A stretch of 32,318 bases of DNA from a virus. Lineage: Duplodnaviria > Caudoviricetes. Of this stretch, positions 15,989-25,728 are shown in pieces. Every line of letters begins with the position of its first letter. Positions within the stretch are counted from its first letter, which is position 1. A program made the position numbers and the translations under genes. The stretch covers positions 1 to 32,318 of the IMG/VR virus record IMGVR_UViG_3300037467_000591; one strand, written 5' to 3'. The notes beneath the pieces are model-generated. The model saw nothing but the letters and a program-made list of their open reading frames with translations, was not told where the DNA came from and searched no databases.

Positions 15989-16037
15989 CAGTTTTTATGC
16001 AAAAAAGAGGCAAATTATTTTTTGCCCCTTGCTGCTG

Positions 16038-16283
16038 CTATTTTTTCACTTGTTCCTCATGCATTTTTAAAACGGCTTTTTGAGTTAGGCCCTTACGCGT
16101 TACATAGTTGTTTTTATACCATGCAATTAGTGCCGTTACGATTGTAAAAACCGTTGAAACGATTAGGTCAATTTGTTGATCGTTGAAATGTAACGGCGAC
16201 TTATCAAAACTAACTAATACTTGGTTAATTAACGCAACCGCTAAAATGATTGTTCTAATTAAACTAGCTTTATCCATTTTCAT
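16038..16283 (-). CDS. SPP1-family holin
   Basis: IRTIILAVALINQ.L...SPL...AWYKNNYVT..G motif. Confidence 0.9.
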   Translation of the reverse strand: MKMDKASLIRTIILAVALINQVLVSFDKSPLHFNDQQIDLIVSTVFTIVTALIAWYKNNYVTRKGLTQKAVLKMHEEQVKK

Positions 16284-16293
16284 TTAAAACGCC

Positions 16294-16893
16294 TCATTTC
16301 ACTCTGATTTTTTGGCCCGGATGAATCAAATTAACATTAATACCCGGGTTTAATTTTTTGATCGTATCCAATGTAACTTTGTATTTTGCTGCAATTTGGC
16401 TTGTTGTGTCCCCTGCTTTAACGGTTACAATTACTTTATCCTCCGGGAATACCGGTTTTTTTCCTGCAATAACTTCTTTTTCAGTTAATCCGCCTAACAT
16501 TTGTAAATGCGGGTAGTCAACAAACGTTTTAAAATCTCCGCCCCATGCAAACCCTAATTTTTTCGCCTCTTTGACTACTTCTAACCAATCCGCTTGGCCG
16601 TCTTTGTCAAAGTCTGTTTTAATGTCCCATGTTGCCTTTTTTCCTGTTGGATCAACTAAACAAAAATCAATCGCTAAACCGTAATTATGCATTGACGTTC
16701 CGCCTTTTGCATTTGTAATGATTTTACCCGGAATAGTACGGCCTTGCGCGTATAGCTTGTCCTGCTCTGCTTTGCTGCGGTACGCTTGCGTAATAATCAT
16801 TTTATAACTTTTAAGCTGCGCATTTGCGTTTTTAATCAATTGCTCTGTTTTCGCTTTAACATAAGGATGTAAACCGTTTAAAGATACTGACAT
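16294..16893 (-). CDS. endolysin: M15 L-Ala-D-Glu peptidase (CwlK-like) plus LysM
   Basis: YRS..EQ..LYAQGRT, SMHNYGLAIDF, WGGDF...DYPHLQ; C-terminal LysM VKAGDT..QIA...NP...LIHPGQKI. Confidence 0.92.
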   Translation of the reverse strand: MSVSLNGLHPYVKAKTEQLIKNANAQLKSYKMIITQAYRSKAEQDKLYAQGRTIPGKIITNAKGGTSMHNYGLAIDFCLVDPTGKKATWDIKTDFDKDGQADWLEVVKEAKKLGFAWGGDFKTFVDYPHLQMLGGLTEKEVIAGKKPVFPEDKVIVTVKAGDTTSQIAAKYKVTLDTIKKLNPGINVNLIHPGQKIRVK

Positions 16894-16922
16894 AATAAAA
16901 CTTCCCCTCTTTTTTTATTTTT

Positions 16923-17159
16923 TTACAACTGAAACAATAAACTAATTGCCCCGGTTGCAAGTGCGCCAATAATGATTGTACCCGCCCAAAAAATAATACG
17001 ATCAATTTTATCAATGCGTAAATGAGCGCTTTTTGATGATGCTAAAGAATCTTTTGCAACGTCCCGAACGTCTCCCATTGCGTCTAATTTTGCCTCTAAT
17101 CTCGTTAACTGTATGATAATGTCAATTTCACGGATGCCGTTATTGTTTTCATTGCTCAT
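16923..17159 (-). CDS. XhlA/hemolysin-like lysis protein
   Basis: Coiled coil, SAHLRIDKI motif and C-terminal TM; in the lysis cassette. Confidence 0.8.
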   Translation of the reverse strand: MSNENNNGIREIDIIIQLTRLEAKLDAMGDVRDVAKDSLASSKSAHLRIDKIDRIIFWAGTIIIGALATGAISLLFQL

Positions 17160-17227
17160 ACTCTCCCCCCTAACATCCTCAAAATATAATCATGTAATTA
17201 TATTTTACTTGAATTAGAGTGCTTGTC

Positions 17228-17455
17228 CTAGACAATTTTTCCAATTATAACATTTTTTAAAACTATAATTCTATCATTTGCCGCCGGCGTATAGCTTGAA
17301 ACGTAAGGAAATTTTTTTGTACTAACTGTACTATTCCCATCAAATAATACTTTAGGGCGCCCGCTCACGTGGGACGGATCAATTTTCCCGAACCTAACAG
17401 TTTTATCTATTTTTTTCTCGTCCATTAAGTCTAAAAAGTCGTTTGGCGTTAACAT
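17228..17455 (-). CDS. small tail-tip protein (OB-fold/spike-base-like)
   Basis: GRPKVLFDG...YTPAANDRI; follows the hub gene. Confidence 0.65.
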   Translation of the reverse strand: MLTPNDFLDLMDEKKIDKTVRFGKIDPSHVSGRPKVLFDGNSTVSTKKFPYVSSYTPAANDRIIVLKNVIIGKIV

Positions 17456-18567
17456 TAGATACTCACAACCTTTCTTACCTCATGTTTCATGCGGCCCCCA
17501 ACCTCTAACGGTATTGACCAACTCGTTTCCGTGTATTTGTCATTTACACCTAATGGGCCGTATTCGATTTTTAAAATGTCGTAATAATCGTGCATGGGCA
17601 TAATTGCCGTTTCAAAGGTTAATTTTCCGTAAACTTGCGACGCCTCAAACGCTATACGCTGCGTGTAACTGTCTAATGCTGATTGATCCGAAATATTATC
17701 TATTTCCCTGTAATCAACTATTGTACGGCCACGGCTTACGGTACTTGTTGGACTTGCTGCATTACTGTTTGTATATACACTTTTTAACGGTGTTTCCTCT
17801 GAATTGGTACGGACAACAATAAATTGGTTTGGTGTATCAAACAAATCTAATTCCTCTTGCATACCCCTATAAGTTACGCTTAATTCATCGTCTTTGTACG
17901 TGTATTCAATAGGCCTTAAACTAGGTGAAATATAGGAATTGCTTGTAAAATAGCCGTTAACATCCACTCTTATTGGCGTAAAGTTAATTTGGCTTAAAAG
18001 GTCATTAATTACGCTAATTTTAGGCGTTCCAACCTCGTATTGCATATCTATTGAAACGGTTTTTGTCGTATCCTCAATGATATATTTTGTTATTCCTGCG
18101 CCTGTTAAAATAGCAATTACGGCCGTTTTAATATTGGTCCCTGCCGTAACCGTGTAAATGTCTGCTAATTTATCGTCAATTAGAATGGTTAACCCGTCGT
18201 ATGCCTCAACGGATCGAATGGCCCCGCCTGTTGTGTCGTCCCTTGTTGGACTTGACGGTAAAAATACACCTAACGGGAACTCAACCCAACTTGTATTATT
18301 AATTAATACCTCGACAAATGGTTGTATCCTATCGCTCAACCAATTTATGGCCGGATCGTCTTTAATTGTAAATGATGCCGTCCTTTTAATATCGTTAAGG
18401 GCGGAAAACTTAACTTCTCCGCCAATAACGCTTGTCAATGTCTGCTTTTTGTTCTCATTCTTATCTAATAAATCATATCTAAAGCGAATTTTACGGCTGC
18501 CGCGTTTACCGTGCAACGCGTCCTTTATTTGATCGTCTGTAAAGCCGCCACGGGCCAATTGCAACAT
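17455..18567 (-). CDS. baseplate hub/Tal-like minor tail protein
   Basis: Position after the Dit-like gene; IKRTASF, EFPLGVF, SPTSTVSRGR motifs of siphophage hub proteins. Confidence 0.7.
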   Translation of the reverse strand: MLQLARGGFTDDQIKDALHGKRGSRKIRFRYDLLDKNENKKQTLTSVIGGEVKFSALNDIKRTASFTIKDDPAINWLSDRIQPFVEVLINNTSWVEFPLGVFLPSSPTRDDTTGGAIRSVEAYDGLTILIDDKLADIYTVTAGTNIKTAVIAILTGAGITKYIIEDTTKTVSIDMQYEVGTPKISVINDLLSQINFTPIRVDVNGYFTSNSYISPSLRPIEYTYKDDELSVTYRGMQEELDLFDTPNQFIVVRTNSEETPLKSVYTNSNAASPTSTVSRGRTIVDYREIDNISDQSALDSYTQRIAFEASQVYGKLTFETAIMPMHDYYDILKIEYGPLGVNDKYTETSWSIPLEVGGRMKHEVRKVVSI

Positions 18568-18570
18568 ATA

Positions 18571-21500
18571 TTAAACCCCCTCGACGTAATAAACTTTTTC
18601 CGGCTTAATGCTAATTTCCCAACATATAGGACCCTCGTCTATTTGTATTTCGGTTACAGTTACATACTCTTTGCGGCCTAAATTATCACGTAATAACAAC
18701 GTTTCGCCCGCTGCTGCTAAAAATTCAATCATTTGTAAATCTGCCCAACTGAAAATTAAATATTTATATTCAAATTGGCTTTCCTTGTTTGTTCCAAATT
18801 CCGTTAATGGATACGGACGGCCCACAAATTGCATTTTTTCACTTTCAACGCTGCTGCTCTTGCTTAAAGTTGTGCCTTTTCGCATTGTAACGATTTTTGT
18901 TGGATCGCTTACCAATGAAAGTTGTGTTAATTCAACGCCAACATTTACCGTGATAATGTCGGAATCTGTAAACGTTCCGTTACTTCCGTATACTCTTGCA
19001 AAATAATCTTGGTTTGTATTTGGTATTGCCTCATAGTCCGTAAATGTTGTTTTAAGGCCCACATAATCAATATCAATTGTAGAGGATGCATAATCTGTTG
19101 ATACTGATGATAAAATAGTGCCGTTTGACGGATCGGCATATGCTAAACCATGTAAAAACCCGTCGCTAGTTATATAAATGCTTGTCTGCGCGCTTGCTCT
19201 CGATAATTTTGTAACTGTTGAATTTGAATGAGTAGCCGGTGTATACCAACCTGTTGTATTTCTCCACATGCTTGTATAAACTTTAACGCCACTTGGCCCG
19301 CTCCCGTAACCCCACCAATCAAATGTAAGGTTTTTGACTTTATCTATTAAAAATTGAACTTTATCAGCTAATAAAGTCCCTGGAATTGTACCGAACACTC
19401 TTTCAATACCTTTTACAAGGTCAAATGAAAATGCTTGTTGCCCGTATGCTAGGTTTGTTGTTGTTGATCGAGTATCTACTGCCCCGTTTAAAGTCTTAAT
19501 ACTATCAATAGCTACTTGGGAAATTGTATCCGCTATTGTGGATGGATCAATTAAAGATGTTTGATTTAATTTCGTCCAAAAAATATTTGGGTTTTCAACT
19601 GTTGACGTCGTAACTTTACCCGTAAAATCTAACGTTGCCGTTTTAGAGTCTGTATATGCAATGTCTGCAACTAAATCTTTTGCAATACGGATAAAATTGC
19701 CGTCGGTACCCCTTCTGAAAACGTCCATTTTTGAAACGGCCGGAACCGTACCGGACGGCGTTAAATTCTTAATTTCTAATGCAACCGATCCTCTCAAATC
19801 GTCTTTTGTCACGTTAACGGTTGGCTTTGCCGGCGCCGTGTATGAAACGTTTATATCAATTGTCGTGTAATTACTCCATAGTCCCCCGGCATCTTTAACG
19901 GCCAATTTCAGCTTATAAGTAGTTGAATTAGATAAATCAATGCCAACGGTTACGGCTTTGTTTGTACTTGTTTTTGTATCTTGCCATAAAATAGTTGCTC
20001 CCGTTGCGTCTAATACTTGTAAATCGTAATCAGTTTGCGCCGGACTACTCCATTGTACAACGGGCCTTGCCGTTGGAATCGTCGCCCCGTTTGTCGGTGT
20101 AATAAATGTTGGCGCCGCCGGCTTATTAGCTGCCGTAAATGCAACAACTGTATTATATGGCCCAACTAATCCCGTTTGATCGTATGTTCTTACTTGCCAC
20201 TCAATCACGCCTGCAGGAAACGTATTGGCCGGTGCATCCCAATAATTATTTGTTGTTGTTTGTGTTACCGTGTTCCATGTGCCGGAACCTTGCAACCTCC
20301 ATTGTAAATCAAATTTACTTTGTGGATCGTTTGTATTTGAGTCTGAATGAGTCCACGACAAACGATTAATTGCAGCTCTGTCTTTTATACCGATCGTTGG
20401 ATTAAGGTTTATTGGCGCATTTGGTGCCAAATTATGCTCAATAGTAAATACGCCCGCTGATTGGTCCCAATTTCCGTAAATAGTGCCGTCATACGCTCTA
20501 ATACGAATTAAACATGTAGAACTTGCCGTTTCATTGATAAAATCGTAAGTATAAGACGTTTGGCCCGGTGCCGTTAATGGTACTATATCTTTCCATGTGC
20601 TGCCGTTGTTTGTACTAAGTTGAATTTGGTATTTAATCGTACTTTGAGCAACTTCGGCGTCTGTTGATGCGAACCATGTAATATTAAATGTACTATTAAT
20701 ATTTTCCCCGCCGTCCGGTGTTAATAATGACGGTTTTGTAGGTGGCGCGTTGTATATTACGGTTAATGAAGGTCTAAAGGCGGACCCTGCATCCGATGAA
20801 TAAAACTCTTTCCATGTATTTGTTGTTATTTCGCTATGAGATGATAATTTAAAACCATAGTTTGGATATGTTCCGTTTAACCAATTTTGGACAAATGTTG
20901 TAATATCTACATTTCCCGGGCTTGACCCCGCAACTGTAAAAGTAACTAACCCCGTACCCGTAACACTCGGTTGCGTGTTCCATGTAACGGTACTTTCGTT
21001 CCAATCGTCTAGTATTCTTTGGACGTCAATTGTTTGGGTTGTTGAATCAAAAGAACCACTTCTAAGTAAATTAAAATATGCACTCGATACGAGCGACTGA
21101 GACGGAATAGAAGATAAATCAAATTTAATCATTGATCGCCAAATATCGGTTTGGGTTGTTGTCCCTACTCGTAAAGTAGTTGACGTACCATAGTTTAAGT
21201 TAGACGGTCCGCCGGTGCTGCTGCCTATTTGTGTATCAATTCCCGCCGTTGGATCGGGTTGCAATGTAGTTGTTGGATCAATGTAAATTGGATAAACTAA
21301 ACCGTCTAAATCTGCCTCTAAATCAATATATGTTACGTCTCCGACTCGTCTTACTGTTTGGCTTACGTCTCTTTTTGTTCCTGCTGCATCTTCTAACCAT
21401 GCCGGCATTAATTGCAATGTACCGGCCGTTAAATCATCCTCTAATGGGCCGTCTACCTCAAATGTAAAAGTGTTTGGCGCTTTATCTGTTTTTAGTACAA

Positions 21501-22014
21501 TTGTTTCTTTAATTCCATTGTTTTTTAATTCTAAACAGACGTCGGCATCGTTCCATACGTCTTGGTAGTGAACGCAATTTTTATTTTCGTCGTCAATAAT
21601 ACCCGTTGCCGGACTTGCGTTAATTGGCTTGTAATGTAAAAATACGTCTCCGTGTCCTATTTGGTACCCTCTTTTAAAATTACGTGGTATTTTAGCTAAA
21701 AATGGTACGTTTAAGCCTTGAAAATCGTAATTATCGCGGTTTAATTTGTTTGCTTGTAAGTCTGTTTGGGACTTTTCAATCGTTTCTAATAGTAAGTCTT
21801 TACCGTATAACTCAATAGGGCCTGCATAGTCGAATAAGTCGGCCTCGTCTGTTAAATCAGTATTAATGTTGTGCAAATTACCCTCGTAATCCTCGAAATG
21901 CACATGCGTATTATAAAGTTGTGTTGTATATGATCCGTCAAAATTGATCCATGTTTTAGAAAAAAGGGAACGCTTATTAAGCAATTCCCCAACTTTAAAA
22001 TTATCTCTTGGCAT
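18571..22014 (-). CDS. large Dit-like distal tail protein with WapA/RHS-like N-terminus, DNRLRE domain, FN3/Ig repeats and an inserted domain
   Basis: Directly after the tape measure; IKETIVLK...YPIYIDPT; RSMIKFDLS...WNESTVTWNTQP...NYGF.L...FYSSD...RPSL (DNRLRE); C-terminal LLLRDNLGRK. Confidence 0.75.
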   Translation of the reverse strand: MPRDNFKVGELLNKRSLFSKTWINFDGSYTTQLYNTHVHFEDYEGNLHNINTDLTDEADLFDYAGPIELYGKDLLLETIEKSQTDLQANKLNRDNYDFQGLNVPFLAKIPRNFKRGYQIGHGDVFLHYKPINASPATGIIDDENKNCVHYQDVWNDADVCLELKNNGIKETIVLKTDKAPNTFTFEVDGPLEDDLTAGTLQLMPAWLEDAAGTKRDVSQTVRRVGDVTYIDLEADLDGLVYPIYIDPTTTLQPDPTAGIDTQIGSSTGGPSNLNYGTSTTLRVGTTTQTDIWRSMIKFDLSSIPSQSLVSSAYFNLLRSGSFDSTTQTIDVQRILDDWNESTVTWNTQPSVTGTGLVTFTVAGSSPGNVDITTFVQNWLNGTYPNYGFKLSSHSEITTNTWKEFYSSDAGSAFRPSLTVIYNAPPTKPSLLTPDGGENINSTFNITWFASTDAEVAQSTIKYQIQLSTNNGSTWKDIVPLTAPGQTSYTYDFINETASSTCLIRIRAYDGTIYGNWDQSAGVFTIEHNLAPNAPINLNPTIGIKDRAAINRLSWTHSDSNTNDPQSKFDLQWRLQGSGTWNTVTQTTTNNYWDAPANTFPAGVIEWQVRTYDQTGLVGPYNTVVAFTAANKPAAPTFITPTNGATIPTARPVVQWSSPAQTDYDLQVLDATGATILWQDTKTSTNKAVTVGIDLSNSTTYKLKLAVKDAGGLWSNYTTIDINVSYTAPAKPTVNVTKDDLRGSVALEIKNLTPSGTVPAVSKMDVFRRGTDGNFIRIAKDLVADIAYTDSKTATLDFTGKVTTSTVENPNIFWTKLNQTSLIDPSTIADTISQVAIDSIKTLNGAVDTRSTTTNLAYGQQAFSFDLVKGIERVFGTIPGTLLADKVQFLIDKVKNLTFDWWGYGSGPSGVKVYTSMWRNTTGWYTPATHSNSTVTKLSRASAQTSIYITSDGFLHGLAYADPSNGTILSSVSTDYASSTIDIDYVGLKTTFTDYEAIPNTNQDYFARVYGSNGTFTDSDIITVNVGVELTQLSLVSDPTKIVTMRKGTTLSKSSSVESEKMQFVGRPYPLTEFGTNKESQFEYKYLIFSWADLQMIEFLAAAGETLLLRDNLGRKEYVTVTEIQIDEGPICWEISIKPEKVYYVEGV

Positions 22015-22018
22015 GGTG

Positions 22019-24154
22019 TTACCCCCTTGCTCTCTTTGTCTGTTTGAATGTGTCGAAAAAGTCGTAAATGCTTTGCATTTGGTTTATATCATCGGCATGT
22101 AATGCAACATTTACTTGGTACGTGTCGCCGCCTGTTGCAGCTACTCCCGGCCCATTAATTTCCGGCATAGTTAACATATTGTTCATTAATCTTTTAACTT
22201 GCGGTATACCTTTTGTTAAACTATCTGAAATAGGTCCTCCGAAATCTAATTTATCTAAATCAGATAATGGCCCGGTTTTTGCCGGTGAAAATGGTAAAAA
22301 GTCTCGGACGTCTGACGCAAGTTTTTTAACGGTGCTAACAACTTTACTTGCTGCATTTTCAATACCCTGTGCCATCATATCAATTAAACCTTTTCCGGCA
22401 TTATAAAACGTTGTCCCTAATCCGGTAATAAATGAAACGATCCCATTTAATCCACTTGTTACGGACTCTTTTGCATCGGAAACACCTGTTGTAAATGCGC
22501 TCTTAATACTTGTCCATAACCCGGTTGCTTTATTAACCATATTTGTTACAAATGTTGTAATTGCTGATATGATCGTTTGTACGAAATCAATATTAATTAA
22601 ACCGGTAATAATGCCAATGAAAGAACTTGCAACGCCTTTTACGCTTTCCCATGCGCCGGACCAATCACCCTTAAATAATTTAATAAATGTTTGGATGATC
22701 CCCAAAATAATGTCAATCGCTCCGCCTATAATAACTTTCATTGCCTCCCATGTTGTTTGGACAAGTGTTTTTATAATTGGCCATGCAACCTTCATTACTG
22801 ATGTTATAACATCCATTACGCCTTTAATATAATTTTGAATAAAACCCCAAACCGCTGACGCAATCGCTTTAATATCTGCGCCGTTTGTATCCCAAAACTT
22901 TTTAAATTTGTCCATTTGTTGTGAACCAAATTTAACTAATGCCTCAATTGCAACCGTAACCGCTTTTTTTATAGCCTCCCATATTGCCAACGCTGACGTT
23001 TTTATAAATTCCCATGCAGCTATAACCGCCGCTCTAAACGCGTCGTTTTTCTGCCATAAAAGAACAACGGCGGCAACTAATACGGCAATTGCTGCGGCAA
23101 CAATTAAAACGGTGCCCATCATTGCGCCTAATCCGGTAATTAACGGACCAATTAACACCCATGCGGACGCCATTGCAGCCTGTAACCCGGCCCATAAACC
23201 AATACCAATGGCCAACGGGGATAATATAAGCATTAGTAAAGGAATGAGCATTAAAAAGCCCTGTATTATTTTCGCTAGCATTGGATGCGCCTCATTGAAT
23301 TTATTCGCTAAATTAGCGACGTGAGTTATCAATTCAATAATTGGCTTTGTAACCGCTGCGAACACTTCAACCATTGGTTGGAAAGCCTCGCGGACGGCGG
23401 AACCCATTTGCCCTACGGCCTCTTTGTATCCCGGCACGCTATCCATTGCAGCTTTTGCAAGTCCTGTGAATAACATTGCCGTACCTGCTGCGGCAACTAA
23501 TGCAACGCTATTCATTCGCATTAATCCGGCACTAATTAACCTTGTCATGTCCATTAATTTCTTCATATTGGCGGTTGGTCCTAACATACGTAAAGCCAAT
23601 GCTGCCGGTTGCCCTCTTGCTGCCATTCTTTCCATGTTACCCGTTACAGTTAACAGACCGTTATTAACCCTATATAATGGGTTGCGCATACGATCAAAAT
23701 TGGCTGCAATTTTAGAACTTGCCGTACTACGGGCCAACATTGCGGAAATACCTTGTATAAAACCCATACGCAACATATTGTTATTCGCTATCATTTGATC
23801 GTTAATCTGTCTATGCCTATTTCCCATTTCGGTTAAATCGTCCATAAACTGTTGAGTTGATCCGCTATAATTGCCCATTCCTTGCGCCATTTGGAAATAA
23901 CCGTATTCAATCTCGTGTTGTGCCTCTCTAAACGGTTGCATCGCTCTCCGTTGCTCATCAAATGCGGCTCTCATTTCGGAACTCATACGCCTGTAACTAT
24001 CGGACATACGGGACGAACTACCGGTAATATTTGTACCTAATGTTTGCATATCCCGTTGTAATTCCCGCATGTCTTGTTGCATGGCCCGGGTTGCTTGGTC
24101 AAATTGGGACGCGTCAGCCCCAATTTCTACAAACATTTCGCTAATAGTTGCCAT
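22019..24154 (-). CDS. tail tape measure protein
   Basis: Position, helical Ala-rich composition, central hydrophobic segments and ~11-residue W/F periodicity; PFSPAKTGPL motif. Confidence 0.9.
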   Translation of the reverse strand: MATISEMFVEIGADASQFDQATRAMQQDMRELQRDMQTLGTNITGSSSRMSDSYRRMSSEMRAAFDEQRRAMQPFREAQHEIEYGYFQMAQGMGNYSGSTQQFMDDLTEMGNRHRQINDQMIANNNMLRMGFIQGISAMLARSTASSKIAANFDRMRNPLYRVNNGLLTVTGNMERMAARGQPAALALRMLGPTANMKKLMDMTRLISAGLMRMNSVALVAAAGTAMLFTGLAKAAMDSVPGYKEAVGQMGSAVREAFQPMVEVFAAVTKPIIELITHVANLANKFNEAHPMLAKIIQGFLMLIPLLMLILSPLAIGIGLWAGLQAAMASAWVLIGPLITGLGAMMGTVLIVAAAIAVLVAAVVLLWQKNDAFRAAVIAAWEFIKTSALAIWEAIKKAVTVAIEALVKFGSQQMDKFKKFWDTNGADIKAIASAVWGFIQNYIKGVMDVITSVMKVAWPIIKTLVQTTWEAMKVIIGGAIDIILGIIQTFIKLFKGDWSGAWESVKGVASSFIGIITGLINIDFVQTIISAITTFVTNMVNKATGLWTSIKSAFTTGVSDAKESVTSGLNGIVSFITGLGTTFYNAGKGLIDMMAQGIENAASKVVSTVKKLASDVRDFLPFSPAKTGPLSDLDKLDFGGPISDSLTKGIPQVKRLMNNMLTMPEINGPGVAATGGDTYQVNVALHADDINQMQSIYDFFDTFKQTKRARG

Positions 24155-24157
24155 TGG

Positions 24158-24463
24158 TTAACCCTCCCCCAATTGTTTAATAAGATCATCAACCATTTTT
24201 TTATTTTCCTCCGGCGTTTTCTTTTTATCTTCCCTTTTCTCACCCAAAAATTCATGCGGATCAATTGGCTTTTTAACATGTGGCATTGTTAACCATGAGG
24301 CCATTTGTGCCATGTGCTGCATTTGACGTTTTTCACGCCAACGCCAACCATCGTACAACTCTAAAAACTCACCATGTGTTAATTTTCCTAGCTGCTCCGG
24401 GTTTAAATTTAAAGGGCCGTATGCAATTTCTTTGATAACGGCCCAATTTAACCCGGAATTTAG
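24158..24463 (-). CDS. tail assembly chaperone, -1 frameshifted extension (gpGT-like)
   Basis: The -1 frame is open from the slippery A AAA AAC (24463-24469) into ORF 24158..24358. Confidence 0.85.
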   Translation of the reverse strand, partial: LNSGLNWAVIKEIAYGPLNLNPEQLGKLTHGEFLELYDGWRWREKRQMQHMAQMASWLTMPHVKKPIDPHEFLGEKREDKKKTPEENKKMVDDLIKQLGEG

Positions 24464-24840
24464 TTTTTTGGCTCGTCACCCTCCGGCAATTCTTCATATT
24501 CTGCATCAATCGCCTTTTCATTTCCGTTTGATAACAATTTAGATTTTTTAAGGGCGTCCATGACCGGCTCCATTAATTCCATAACATTCTTGCCGTTTTC
24601 TTGAATTTCTTTTCCTAACATTTGGCCCACTTTTTCAACTGTTAATCCGTGCATTTTCCATTTTAGGCCCGCCCAATAAAAAGCACGTACCAATTTAAAG
24701 CCTATTTGTTCCTCTGTTAAGATCGCCGCAATTCCTTTCCCGTAAATGTCCTCTAAATCGCATGTACTGTTGTAATCAAATTTCAATAATCTTTCTTCCC
24801 CGTTTAACTCTACCTTTTTATACGTTGTTAAATTTGTCAT
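24460..24840 (-). CDS. tail assembly chaperone (gpG-like)
   Basis: Between tail tube and tape measure; ends PKN-stop on a slippery heptamer. Confidence 0.85.
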   Translation of the reverse strand: MTNLTTYKKVELNGEERLLKFDYNSTCDLEDIYGKGIAAILTEEQIGFKLVRAFYWAGLKWKMHGLTVEKVGQMLGKEIQENGKNVMELMEPVMDALKKSKLLSNGNEKAIDAEYEELPEGDEPKN

Positions 24841-24894
24841 TGCCTGTTTACCCCTCTCAATTTTTAATAGCTTGTACTATTTATAGTTTAATAT

Positions 24895-24930
24895 AAAAAA
24901 ACCCGTCATAATAGTTAAATTTGACGGGTT
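24895..24930 (-). terminator. intrinsic terminator after the tail tube gene
   Basis: AAACCCGTCA...TGACGGGTTT stem with T-run. Confidence 0.7.
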
Positions 24931-24943
24931 TTAAATCATTTTA

Positions 24944-25351
24944 TTATGGTGCCATTACTAATGTTGGTTTGCCTGTGCCTGTTAACTCTACTTTATAAGT
25001 TACTTCGGCGTCATATGGTGCCTCAATTTCGCGGCTTGTAACTAGGGCGTAACCCTCATCAATTGTTGAGTTGCCCGTTTCAGTCCAACGGCATTTTACT
25101 AACGTTTTATTACGCATTGCGTCTCTTAATTGCAGCAATTGCGAATTTCCAATGATATAAACGCCGTCGCAATCTACGGACCACTCACCTAAACCATAGT
25201 CATTCTCTTTATAGCCGCCACTTAATTTGTTTGTAACGTCAATTGTCTCCGATTTTTCGGAAAACTTTGCCCCACGTTGTCCACCAACGGCAACGAATGT
25301 ACCCGGTGACGTTGGGCTTTCAACATAAATTAAAATATCTACTCCACGCAT
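24944..25351 (-). CDS. major tail tube protein (TP901-1 family)
   Basis: GVDILIYV...VGGQRGA...ETIDVTNK...WSVDCDG...EAPYD...Y.VELTGTG. Confidence 0.9.
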   Translation of the reverse strand: MRGVDILIYVESPTSPGTFVAVGGQRGAKFSEKSETIDVTNKLSGGYKENDYGLGEWSVDCDGVYIIGNSQLLQLRDAMRNKTLVKCRWTETGNSTIDEGYALVTSREIEAPYDAEVTYKVELTGTGKPTLVMAP

Positions 25352-25377
25352 GAGTAAAACCCCCTTTTTAAGTTAAA

Positions 25378-25710
25378 TTAAACTTCTGTTGTAGTTGCTG
25401 CAACTGTTACGGATGTTACGGCACTGTAAGCAACTGAAACTTTTCCGTCAATTCCGTTAAAGCGGTTTTGAGGAAACGGGCCAATTTGAGTTGTTGCCCC
25501 TGCTGCAACTGTTGCTACTGCATCGTGTAATGATCCATGAGAACAACGCGTAACCGCTGCAACTGTAACCGTAATTGGTGAACCGCCGCCGTTTTTAACG
25601 TGTAATAGCGTGTCCCCATCATTTAAAATTTTGTCTCCGCCTGCCGTTGCTGCAACTAACGTTGGCGTTACTCCTGTTAAACTTGCTTTTTGTACTAAAA
25701 TATCAGCCAT
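25378..25710 (-). CDS. small Thr/Ala/Val-rich structural protein
   Basis: 110 aa, beta-rich, GGGAGG RBS, between tail terminator and tube genes. Confidence 0.65.
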   Translation of the reverse strand: MADILVQKASLTGVTPTLVAATAGGDKILNDGDTLLHVKNGGGSPITVTVAAVTRCSHGSLHDAVATVAAGATTQIGPFPQNRFNGIDGKVSVAYSAVTSVTVAATTTEV

Positions 25711-25728
25711 TAAAAAAACCTCCCAAAA

